A stretch of 32,000 nt of DNA, taken from the NCBI GenBank assembly GCA_942493095.1, contig OW818675.1:2580001-2612000 (forward strand), read 5' to 3'. This DNA is from Candidatus Electronema halotolerans. Lineage in GTDB: Bacteria; Desulfobacterota; Desulfobulbia; Desulfobulbales; Desulfobulbaceae. The translations under genes and the position numbers were made by a program. Shown in pieces: positions 24,673 through 32,000 of the stretch. Positions within the stretch are counted from its first letter, which is position 1; the number at the start of each line of letters is the position of its first letter. The notes under the pieces are model-generated. The model ran no database searches, was not told the DNA's origin, and saw nothing but the letters and a program-made list of their open reading frames with translations.

Positions 24673-24827
24673 CAGTTGAATATTCCTGATGAATTTCGGC
24701 GGAAAAATATGAATTGTGAACAGGAGGGGCAAAGCCGGGCAAGCAGGTTCTGCGCATAAACTGTTTGGAATATATTATTCGTCAGGAGGCCCGTTCTGTA
24801 AACATCTTTCTTTCCGCCGCTGTTTTT

Positions 24828-24856
24828 TTGTTGCCTTCTCCGCCATTTCGTATAAT
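24828..24856 (+). promoter_or_regulatory. Candidate sigma70 promoter of the DUF4139 gene
   Basis: TTGTTG (24828-24833), a 17-nt spacer, then a perfect TATAAT (24851-24856). RBS AAGAGGTG lies before the ATG at 24911. Confidence 0.55.
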
Positions 24857-24910
24857 GTCACAGCACACTGCAATATTCCGTCATTCTTTTTTTATTCCAA
24901 GAGGTGCGCC

Positions 24911-26332
24911 ATGCTGCCCATGTTTCCTGTTCTGCTCTGTCTGCTGCTGTTCCTGCCTGCCGCCGGAATCTGCGGCCCAAACGAAGTTGTCTCCGGCCTT
25001 GATGAGCAAAATTCTGTGGCTGTGACCATTTACAACCAAGACCTTGCCTTGGTCCGGGACAGCCGCAGCCTTGATCTGCCAGCCGGGCGGCAGACGCTGG
25101 CCTTCCGCGAGGTCAGTGCCAGAATCCGCCCGGAGACCGCTCTGCTGGCCGCGCCCGGCCTCAATGTGCTGGAGCAAAATTTTGAATACGACCTGCTCAC
25201 CCCTGAATCGCTCTTGGACAAATACGTGGGCAAAACCGTCAAGCTGATCAAGACTCATCCGACTTCTGGCGAGGAAACGGCTGAGGAGGCGACCGTCCTC
25301 AGCGCGGGCAGCGGCACCGTGCTCCGGGTCGGCGACCGGATTGAAGCCGGTGTGCCAGGCCGTCTTGTCTTTCCTGACGTGCCAGAGAATCTGCGCGACC
25401 GCCCCACACTGACCATGCTGGTGGACAGCAAGGACGGCGGCAAGCAGGATGCGGTTCTCAGCTACCTGACCGGCGGCCTGTCGTGGAAGGCGGATTATGT
25501 GGCCGAGCTGGGCGCAGACGATGCCAGCATCAATCTGAGCGGCTGGGTGACGCTGACCAATGAGAGCGGCGCGACCTATCAGAACGCCAAGCTCCAGCTT
25601 GTGGCCGGCGAGGTGAACCGGGTCCGGGAGCGCATTCAGCCAGCGATGATGGCTATGCGCTCTGTTAATGCTGAGGCAGCGATGGATGGCGGCATGGCCG
25701 AAGAGTCCATGTTTGAGTATCATCTTTACACCTTGGGCCGTCCAACCACGATCAAGGAGAAGCAGAGCAAGCAGGTTTCGCTGCTTCATGCGGACAGCGT
25801 CAAGGTGAACAAGGAGTTTGTCCTAGAGGGGCAGAATTACTACTACGGCAGCGCGGCTGGCAATCTTGGCCAGAAGCTCAAGGTCGGGGTCTTTATAGAG
25901 CTGAAGAACAGCAAGGATGCTGGAGCGGGTCAGCCGCTGCCTGCGGGTATCATGCGGGTTTACAAAAAAGACAGCTCCGGCAGCCTCCAGTTTGTCGGCG
26001 AAGACCGAATCGACCACACCCCGGAGAACGAGATCATCCGCCTCAAGCTGGGCGAAGCCTTTGATGTGACAGCCAATAAGAAACAGATCGATTTCAAGAA
26101 AGCCTCGTGGACTAACGGCACGGCTTATGAGAGTGCTTATGAAATCGAGCTGAAAAATGCCAAGGAAGAGGCCGTGACCGTGAAAGTGGTTGAGCCAGTG
26201 CCCGGCGACTGGCAGATACTGGAGGAATCCATGACGCATACGAAGGAAAGCGCGCACACGGCAGTCTGGCGGGTGGAGATTGCGCCAAAGGCCAGCAGCA
26301 CTTTGACATGGCGGGTGCGGGTGAAGTATTAA
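24911..26332 (+). CDS. Secreted DUF4139-type protein
   Basis: Signal peptide MLPMFPVLLCLLLFLPAAGICG. Typical DUF4139 context (VTIYN.DLALVRD.R...L..G...L.F..V...I.PE...L......V.EQNF.YDL; LSW.ADY...L; Y.L.R..TI....KQV.L). The family call is from memory. Confidence 0.7.
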   Translation: MLPMFPVLLCLLLFLPAAGICGPNEVVSGLDEQNSVAVTIYNQDLALVRDSRSLDLPAGRQTLAFREVSARIRPETALLAAPGLNVLEQNFEYDLLTPESLLDKYVGKTVKLIKTHPTSGEETAEEATVLSAGSGTVLRVGDRIEAGVPGRLVFPDVPENLRDRPTLTMLVDSKDGGKQDAVLSYLTGGLSWKADYVAELGADDASINLSGWVTLTNESGATYQNAKLQLVAGEVNRVRERIQPAMMAMRSVNAEAAMDGGMAEESMFEYHLYTLGRPTTIKEKQSKQVSLLHADSVKVNKEFVLEGQNYYYGSAAGNLGQKLKVGVFIELKNSKDAGAGQPLPAGIMRVYKKDSSGSLQFVGEDRIDHTPENEIIRLKLGEAFDVTANKKQIDFKKASWTNGTAYESAYEIELKNAKEEAVTVKVVEPVPGDWQILEESMTHTKESAHTAVWRVEIAPKASSTLTWRVRVKY

Positions 26333-26414
26333 GTCGCCGTAACCGCCCAAGGCGCAAAGCCGAAGGCTGACGGTTCCGGCTTCAGCAGACAGAACCGTCA
26401 ACTTGAACGTTGTT

Positions 26415-26451
26415 GGAGGGCAGGCGGCGCGCCTGTCCTCCGCCTTTCTTT
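26415..26451 (+). terminator. Rho-independent terminator of the DUF4139 gene
   Basis: A 12-bp GC-rich stem, GGAGGGCAGGCG/CGCCTGTCCTCC (one G-U pair), with a 3-nt loop and a GCCTTTCTTT tail. The tail abuts the convergent S8 stop at 26456. Confidence 0.7.
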
Positions 26452-26455
26452 GCGG

Positions 26456-29400
26456 TCAGTCCCTCCTGAAAGCAGCCTTGACCGTACAGTCGCGGTGTAT
26501 CAGCCCAGTGGTGTAGATGTTGCCATCAAGCGAACCGCCGCAGCCGCGAACTCTTTTAATGGCATAGCCCGCATCTGGGGTGACGGTGAAACTGGCGGTG
26601 TGCCCTTCGGAAACCTGCTGCTGCGTGTCCGGGGTGATTGCGCCATGTTTGCCTGCTGACGGAGTCACAGTGTAGGCGGTTATAAAACTTGCTGTGACTG
26701 TACAATCTTCGGTGATTGCGCCGGTGGTGTACACGTTGCCGTTGAGGGAACCGCCGCAGCCTTCGACCGTATCAATCCCATAGCCGCTGTCCGGTGTCAA
26801 CGTGAAGCTGGTCGTATTGCCGTAGTCCACGCTCTGCGGAGTATTCGGGCTGATACTGCCATGCTCGCCTGCCGATGGTGTGACGGTGTAGATGTTGGTC
26901 ACAAAATGAGCTGTCACAGTTTTGTCTGCCGACATGGTGACAGTACAGGTTCTGGCATCGACATCGGTTGTATCGCATCCGTCCCATAAGGAGAAGCTCG
27001 TGCTTGCGCTGCCTGCTGCGGGAGCGGTCAGCGTGATGATGTTTCCATCGGTAATATTCGGCTTGCTGTAGTTAGTGGTTCCGCCGAAGTCTGACGGATT
27101 GCCGCTGATTGCCACGCTGTCTGCGCCGGAGGAATTCACCGCAAGCGTCCATGCGGGTGCTTCTGACTTCTGCACGATGAAGGCCGGGGCAATGGTGTTC
27201 ACCATTTTGTTGCCGCTGGCATCGGTGAGGGTGATGCGCAGGCTGACCTCTTTGTCTTCCGCAGGATAGAAGGCAGGGATATTCGCTGTCTTGAAATCGC
27301 CGCTGGCGCTGACCGGCAGCTCCTGCCAGCCGTTGCCCCAATCAACAGCAATTTCAGCAGTGAATGAGCTGGTATCAGCAGCCCGCACAGCAACCTGTCC
27401 TTCGTCGTCTGCCACAGTGTCGGTGCGCTCGCCGTCTTGGCGGATTTGCAGCTCCTGAATGACCGGCGGATTCTTGTCGCTCAGACTGGTGTCAAAAGTG
27501 GCGGTCATCGTGCCGACAGTAGGATTGCCGCGCAGCAGGCCCGGATAGCTGGTGTTGAGGGTGTAAGCTCCTTGCGGGGCGTTGATGCTCTGCGAATAAG
27601 CAGTGCCCAGCGTGCCGCTTTTGACAGGCGAGCCGCTGCTGTTGAGCAACTCATAGGTTACATCATCAACATCCACATTATACTGATCCTGCCATTGGCT
27701 GCGGACAAACATGTACTTGCCGTTCCATGACCACGCTCCAGTATTAGCGGCAATCACAACTGATGAACTCGTGTTTTGGGTATGAGCTGCCAAGTAATGA
27801 GGCGAGCCATTGACCTGCCAAGCTGAATCACTATATTCAACTTGCTCGGTCGAGTAGCTGCCTGTAACCGGATTATAATTGCGCACCTGCAACGTATAGC
27901 TTGCACCGCTTGTGGGAGTGAAAGTATTCCCAATTGCGTAATAAAGGGAATCTGTGCTATGCCTGAGCCAGATGAAGTGAGAGTTATAGTAGCTGTTTTC
28001 TGGTATCTGGAAAAGATACCAAGTTTCAGCCGTTAAATTCGGAACAGGTGGGTAATGCAGTGCTGATCCACTGCCGCCTCTCCCAATAAAATATAGACGT
28101 TTCAGCTCACTATCTGGGGCGTTGTAGATAAAACTGACCTGATTGGCAGAGGTGTAATCGTTGGTTATATTGAGATCAGAAGAAACTCCCTGTGCGCCAA
28201 AGGCTGGGGCGTACCAAGTATTCGTTTCTTCATACTGATACGGACCAGTTACACCGTAATGATATGCTTCGCTCATATCAGACACAAACCCGCTGAACGG
28301 TATGCGCCCTCCGAATGATCCGACCATTAATCCCGTTCCAGTATTTGGCTGCCAGATAGACAAGTGGCGTTCCCTCGCAACAACAGGCTGAACCCCTCCT
28401 GCATGATCTTTCAACTGGAAATTGGTGACATGGTTTGCCTCAGCTTGAGATATATTCTTTGTGGTGCTGCCGGCGAGAACTACACCCTCATTCACCACTG
28501 TATAATTGCCGGAAGACCACCAAGAGATGATGTCGTAGGTGTCTGGCGGCAGAATGGCATAGTACGGGCTGGTTGGTTGTACTATTGTCGGCTGGTTATG
28601 TTTGCTGTTATGAATTCGCACAAAGGTCGGCGTAACATCCCAGTTCAGGATAAGCTGCGCCGCTTTGACCAGCGCAAAGGGAACCTGCCGTACTTCTGCC
28701 CCGTTGTCCAGCATCACCTTGCCGCTGTAGCTGTACGGCTCGGCTGAAGGATGCGGCAGTACGCTGTTGTCAACCGTCACAGTCAGATCGACATCACGGC
28801 TTTCCCCGGCAGCAAGCGTGACATAGCTTTCACTCAGTTCTGCGGTCAAGCCTGCTGGCAGCCCAGCGGCGGTGCTCAAGTCAATGGTCTGGGCCGTGTC
28901 AAGATCGTTATACACAGTGAGCTTCTGAGTGCTGACCCATTCAGAGACAGTATTATCAACCATACCCATGCTCAAGGAATTGGGAACAGCGAGATAGCTG
29001 CTCACAGCGGCCTCGGCGACTTGCAAACGACCGCTGCCTTGAGCGAACGGATTCAGACCGAGGTCAAGGGCGGAATTGGCGACCGCCGCTTTGACTTGCT
29101 CCGGTGTCCATGCCGGATGCAGTTGTCTGAGCAGAGCAACCGCGCCAGTGACATGCGGAGCAGCCATGCTTGTACCGTTGAAAGCTGCATATCCGCCATT
29201 GCGAACAGAAGAATTGATTGACACTCCTGGAGCAACAAGATCAGGCTTGATGATGAAGCCTTCCACCGGCCCTCTGGAACTGAAGGGGGCCAGTTTGTCT
29301 GTTTTGTCAGTTGCGCCGACAGTGACAGCTTTGGCTGCCGCGCTTGGTGAACCGACTGAGCTGTAACTGGAGCCGCTGTTGCCTGCCGAGACAACCACGC

Positions 29401-30463
29401 TGATGCCTGCATCAACCGCCTCATCAACCGCGACTGAAAGCGGCGAATCCGGCCCGCCTGACGGACTGCCGAGACTCAAATTGGCGGCATCGACATGATC
29501 GGAAGTGTCACCGTTGCCGTCAGGATCAGCAGCCCGCTCCAATCCCGAAATAACATCGCTGGTGCTGCAACCTCCGCTGGAATTGCACACTTTATAGGCA
29601 TAGAGCAGCGCGTCTGGGGCAACTCCTGTGATCGTCGCATCGCTGCCTGCAATGATGCCCGCGACATGGGTGCCGTGATCATAGTCATCCATCGGGTCGG
29701 CATCATCATTGACAAAGTCATAGCCGCCGACGACCCGGCAGCCTGCGCCGCTGTTGAGTGCGGAACAAGAACCGAAAGCAGAGTGCGTATAATCAATACC
29801 CGTGTCAATGACCGCCACCCGGATGCCTTTGCCGGTGACTGGATTGCCGTCCGCATCGTACATATCCCAGACATCAGGTGCGCCGATCAGCGGCACACTG
29901 TCCGCCAGATTGGTGTGCAGCACATAGTCAGGATAGACTCCAGTAACGCCTTGCTGCTTGGCAATCTTTTTGATATCCTTACCATTGGCTTTGACCGCAA
30001 CGCCGTTGATCAGCATGTCAAAACGGGTCTTAACTTTGCTGATCAGTTTGTCCGCCTTCCACGCATCAACGGCCTGCTTGTGTTCCTGCGCGATCTCCCG
30101 CCGCAACTTGCCTGCGACAGCTTTGCGCTGTTGAACCTGCACGGAATGCTTTTTCAACTCTGTGCTGATTGATGGCGTGTCAAAGACAACAATCCATTGC
30201 GCTTCCTTGTCAGAATCAAGCACAGCCAGCGTTTGACCGTCGCCAGTGTCTGCAACGACTCCTTCAAATTCGCCTTCCGCCCAGTTCCGGTCTTGGGCTT
30301 TATCCGCCATCACGGTAATATTCTGCTCTTCTCCCGCCGCTCCTGTCTTGCTGACGACCATTGCCGTCTCATCAGTCTGCGCCGCCGACATCCTGCCTGC
30401 CGACAGGAGCAGCACCAGCACGGCTGGCACCATCCATCTGTGTTTCAAGCCTTGGTCTCTCAC
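26456..30463 (-). CDS. Secreted 1335-aa S8 (subtilisin-family) serine peptidase with I9-like propeptide, large uncharacterised middle region and C-terminal divergent InlB-B-like repeats
   Basis: GTG start with AGGAGG 5 nt upstream. Signal peptide ...VLVLLLSAGRMSAA. Catalytic triad contexts are VAVIDTGID (D220), HGTHVAGII (H263) and NGTSMAAPHVTG (S432), with oxyanion GNSG (N362). Confidence 0.9.
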   Translation of the reverse strand: MRDQGLKHRWMVPAVLVLLLSAGRMSAAQTDETAMVVSKTGAAGEEQNITVMADKAQDRNWAEGEFEGVVADTGDGQTLAVLDSDKEAQWIVVFDTPSISTELKKHSVQVQQRKAVAGKLRREIAQEHKQAVDAWKADKLISKVKTRFDMLINGVAVKANGKDIKKIAKQQGVTGVYPDYVLHTNLADSVPLIGAPDVWDMYDADGNPVTGKGIRVAVIDTGIDYTHSAFGSCSALNSGAGCRVVGGYDFVNDDADPMDDYDHGTHVAGIIAGSDATITGVAPDALLYAYKVCNSSGGCSTSDVISGLERAADPDGNGDTSDHVDAANLSLGSPSGGPDSPLSVAVDEAVDAGISVVVSAGNSGSSYSSVGSPSAAAKAVTVGATDKTDKLAPFSSRGPVEGFIIKPDLVAPGVSINSSVRNGGYAAFNGTSMAAPHVTGAVALLRQLHPAWTPEQVKAAVANSALDLGLNPFAQGSGRLQVAEAAVSSYLAVPNSLSMGMVDNTVSEWVSTQKLTVYNDLDTAQTIDLSTAAGLPAGLTAELSESYVTLAAGESRDVDLTVTVDNSVLPHPSAEPYSYSGKVMLDNGAEVRQVPFALVKAAQLILNWDVTPTFVRIHNSKHNQPTIVQPTSPYYAILPPDTYDIISWWSSGNYTVVNEGVVLAGSTTKNISQAEANHVTNFQLKDHAGGVQPVVARERHLSIWQPNTGTGLMVGSFGGRIPFSGFVSDMSEAYHYGVTGPYQYEETNTWYAPAFGAQGVSSDLNITNDYTSANQVSFIYNAPDSELKRLYFIGRGGSGSALHYPPVPNLTAETWYLFQIPENSYYNSHFIWLRHSTDSLYYAIGNTFTPTSGASYTLQVRNYNPVTGSYSTEQVEYSDSAWQVNGSPHYLAAHTQNTSSSVVIAANTGAWSWNGKYMFVRSQWQDQYNVDVDDVTYELLNSSGSPVKSGTLGTAYSQSINAPQGAYTLNTSYPGLLRGNPTVGTMTATFDTSLSDKNPPVIQELQIRQDGERTDTVADDEGQVAVRAADTSSFTAEIAVDWGNGWQELPVSASGDFKTANIPAFYPAEDKEVSLRITLTDASGNKMVNTIAPAFIVQKSEAPAWTLAVNSSGADSVAISGNPSDFGGTTNYSKPNITDGNIITLTAPAAGSASTSFSLWDGCDTTDVDARTCTVTMSADKTVTAHFVTNIYTVTPSAGEHGSISPNTPQSVDYGNTTSFTLTPDSGYGIDTVEGCGGSLNGNVYTTGAITEDCTVTASFITAYTVTPSAGKHGAITPDTQQQVSEGHTASFTVTPDAGYAIKRVRGCGGSLDGNIYTTGLIHRDCTVKAAFRRD
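26459..27160 (-). repeat. Three tandem ~73-86-aa domain repeats at the subtilase C-terminus (Cys-containing, InlB B-repeat-like / Flg_new_2-like)
   Basis: Two close copies: YTVTPSAGEHGSISPNTPQSVDYGNTTSFTLTPDSGYGIDTVEGCGGSLNGNVYTTGAITEDCTVTASF (26684-26902) and YTVTPSAGKHGAITPDTQQQVSEGHTASFTVTPDAGYAIKRVRGCGGSLDGNIYTTGLIHRDCTVKAAF (26459-26683). A third, degenerate copy at 26903-27160 ends ...WDGCDTTDVDARTCTVTMSADKTVTAHF. Confidence 0.8.
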
Positions 30464-30488
30464 GACATCCTCCTTTTGATGATTTTTG

Positions 30489-30522
30489 AAAAAAAACAGG
30501 CGGAGTCATTTCCTCTGCCTGT
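30489..30522 (-). terminator. Strong intrinsic terminator-type hairpin inside the subtilase 5' leader (candidate attenuator expression platform)
   Basis: The minus strand reads ACAGGCAGAG-GAAAUGA-CUCCGCCUGU (10-bp stem, one mismatch) followed directly by U8. It ends 26 nt upstream of the GTG start (30463) and about 14 nt upstream of the AGGAGG RBS. Confidence 0.7.
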
Positions 30523-31076
30523 CCGTTGCTCCTTCAGTTAATCTCCTTTGGCAAGCTGTCCCTTGCAGACATCCAACAATCTCTGCGCAACAGCAAAATG
30601 TCTGGAGGCTTTGCACTGACACTCCATGAAAGCACCTCATGAAAAACAAATTTCCGGTGAGTGTGAAACACTTTCGCTTGAAAATATTCACCAGTTTTTT
30701 GACAATAGAAATCATTTTGCCTACAAGAGCATTCTCTTGCTAAACATTAAGAAAGACTATCTTGGTCTTGGCAGCATTCCGCTATATTTTTACAGAAAAA
30801 TCTATTGCCAGCTAAATGTCGATCTGTTCCGATCAGCAGGTTTTTTGATAGAATAATGATGAGGACTTGCTCAGAAGAAAGAAGCCCTCACCAAGATGAA
30901 GAAGGTGTTTACTTATTACTCAGCAAGAAACGTGCCATTTTGAATGAAATAATTCTTGACAAAAGATTGGAAATTTGCAATGAGGATATACCCTGTCAAA
31001 TTCAGGCAATAAGCATAAAATAACTAATAATAATTATTACCAATAATATCTTGAAACAGAAAGCGTGCCCTCCAAG

Positions 31077-31111
31077 TGACAAAAAATGTCACCCGCTGAC
31101 AAAAAGCGTCA
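31077..31111. promoter_or_regulatory. Second pair of TGAC-N7-GTCA palindromes (TGACAAAAAATGTCA and TGACAAAAAGCGTCA)
   Basis: The half-sites start at 31077 and 31097, exactly 20 bp apart as at 1564/1584. The pair ends 22 nt upstream of the predicted -35 of the transketolase promoter. Confidence 0.55.
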
Positions 31112-31133
31112 CCTGTCCTCCTGCGCTTTCCTG

Positions 31134-31162
31134 TTGTCTTTCCGTCGCAATCTTTTTATAAC
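31134..31162 (+). promoter_or_regulatory. Candidate sigma70 promoter of the transketolase gene
   Basis: TTGTCT (31134-31139), a 17-nt spacer, then TATAAC (31157-31162). Confidence 0.45.
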
Positions 31163-31239
31163 CATCTGCACAATCAGCGAACCAGCGGGCAGAACAGCCT
31201 GCCCGGCCTCTTTTTTTCCTTTTTCAATGGAGTTAAACA

Positions 31240-32000
31240 ATGCCTCTGAAGTTCGACCTATCCGCCTCTGACCTCAGTGCGGCGGAGCTGACCACCCTCA
31301 AGGAAATGCGCAGCCGCTGCGCCCGCCGCATCCTGCTTTCAACCAGCCTTGCTGCTTCCGGTCATCCGGGCGGCTCGCTGTCTTCGTTAGACATGCTGCT
31401 GGTGGCTTACGGCATCCTGCGGCATGATCCGAAGAATCCCCGTCTGCCGGAGCGCGACCGCCTTGTAGCCTCTATCGGCCATATTTCGCCAGGCGTGTAT
31501 AGCGTGCTGGCGGAGAACGGCTATTTCAGCGAGGACGACTTTCTTGCAGGCTTCCGGCGTACTGGCTCTGGCTTCCCTGGCCATATTGAGTCCATCGTGC
31601 CGGGTGTGGAGTGGGACACCGGCAATCTTGGCCAAGGGCTGTCCGCTGCCGTGGGCATGGCCCATGCCTTCAAGCTCAAGGGGATGAATAACCGGGTCTT
31701 CTGTCTGATGGGCGACGGCGAGCAGCAGAAAGGCCAGATCACTGAGGCCATCCGCCACGCGGTCAAGTACAAGCTCGACAACCTCACTGTGCTGATCGAC
31801 CGCAACAAGCTGCAAATCTGCGGCAGCACTGAGGACATCATGCCCCAGTGCATGCAGAAGCTCTACGGCGGCTTGGGCTTCAACACGGTTAAGCTGGAGA
31901 ACGGCCACGACTGCAACGCCCTGTACAAGGCCATGCGCGATGCCTACCGCAATATCAGCGGCGTGCCGACCGTGCTCATCGCTCACACCGTCATGGGCAA
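31240..32000 (+). CDS. Transketolase, N-terminal (TPP-binding) subunit of a split transketolase; 3' end beyond the window
   Basis: My own translation from the ATG at 31240 reads MPLKFDLSASDLSAAELTTLKEMRSRCARRILLSTSLAASGHPGGSLSSLDML...WDTGNLGQGLSAAVGMA...VFCLMGDGEQQKGQI.EA...A.KYKLDNLTVLIDRNKLQI.G. It is open to the window edge, so it is not in the ORF track. ORF 31387-31986(-) is its shadow. Confidence 0.88.
   Translation, partial: MPLKFDLSASDLSAAELTTLKEMRSRCARRILLSTSLAASGHPGGSLSSLDMLLVAYGILRHDPKNPRLPERDRLVASIGHISPGVYSVLAENGYFSEDDFLAGFRRTGSGFPGHIESIVPGVEWDTGNLGQGLSAAVGMAHAFKLKGMNNRVFCLMGDGEQQKGQITEAIRHAVKYKLDNLTVLIDRNKLQICGSTEDIMPQCMQKLYGGLGFNTVKLENGHDCNALYKAMRDAYRNISGVPTVLIAHTVMG

Noticed and set aside
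24729-24736. The 8-mer GCAAAGCC recurs in non-coding DNA around the DUF4139 and subtilase genes (24729, 26354, and the minus strand at 30605-30612)
   Set aside because: It also occurs in coding DNA (for example near 19152). The expected chance count for a GC-rich 8-mer in 64 kb of two-strand sequence is about 1-3, and the three sites share no longer context.
23881-25789. ORFs 23881-24759(+) and 24881-25789(-), 292 and 302 aa
   Set aside because: They are antisense shadows of the ExeA/SPOR and DUF4139 genes respectively.
30769-30783. TGGCAGCATTCCGCT, resembling a sigma54 -24/-12 element
   Set aside because: The GG-to-GC spacing is one nt short of the consensus (11 instead of 12), and TTGC is replaced by CCGC. 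It points at tkt from about 470 nt away.
30506-31271. Small ORFs in the A+T-rich spacer (30506-30715(-) Cys-rich 69 aa, 30626-30856(+), 30805-31023(+), 31086-31271(+))
   Set aside because: None has a Shine-Dalgarno sequence or a recognisable domain, and they overlap one another and the predicted regulatory elements. I considered the Cys-rich 69-aa ORF as a RiPP-like precursor next to the subtilase, but no modification enzymes are nearby and its ATG has no RBS. Only the 29-codon uORF at 30538-30627 has an SD, and it is kept as a hypothesis in the findings.
31387-31986. A 199-aa minus-strand ORF
   Set aside because: It is a shadow of the transketolase N-terminal subunit, which has unambiguous TPP-enzyme motifs on the plus strand.

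Overview
This is a 32-kb chromosomal segment of roughly 55-60% G+C. Its gene content looks like Desulfobacterota (Desulfobulbales-like), but that is inference only. I can support about 30 protein genes, most of them on the minus strand. In order they are:
- murD (partial), a single-domain PilZ protein and an FkpA-like PPIase
- a double zinc-ribbon protein and a 4xS1-domain RNA-binding protein
- an A+T-rich orphan membrane gene, then lolA, murI and a MucR/Ros regulator
- an FmdB zinc ribbon, a small membrane protein and two tandem paralogous Cys4/cNMP/DUF4388 proteins
- fabB, a HEAT-like protein and a C-N hydrolase::RfaE-II fusion
- a PhnD-like binding protein
- a translationally coupled YkgJ-HD-HAD-CobD::CobQ operon
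- an m5C DNA methyltransferase followed by what looks like a decayed NotI-family endonuclease
- a Gfo/Idh/MocA oxidoreductase, an orphan livF and an ExeA-AAA/SPOR protein
- a DUF4139 protein, a 1335-aa secreted S8 subtilase and the N-terminal subunit of a split transketolase (partial)

I saw no rRNA, tRNA, CRISPR array, transposase or integrase. The most interesting signals are:
- a paired TGAC-N7-GTCA operator architecture that recurs with identical 20-bp phasing upstream of the PilZ gene and of transketolase
- a strong intrinsic terminator 26 nt upstream of the start codon of the giant subtilase, which implies an attenuator or riboswitch-type leader inside a 776-bp A+T-rich spacer
- a sharply bounded gene of about 30% G+C wedged between lolA and the S1 gene
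- the tandem non-canonical cNMP/DUF4388 paralogs
- two unusual domain fusions (CobD::CobQ and C-N hydrolase::RfaE-II)
- an orphaned methyltransferase

All family calls come from motif recognition by eye. No database search was run.
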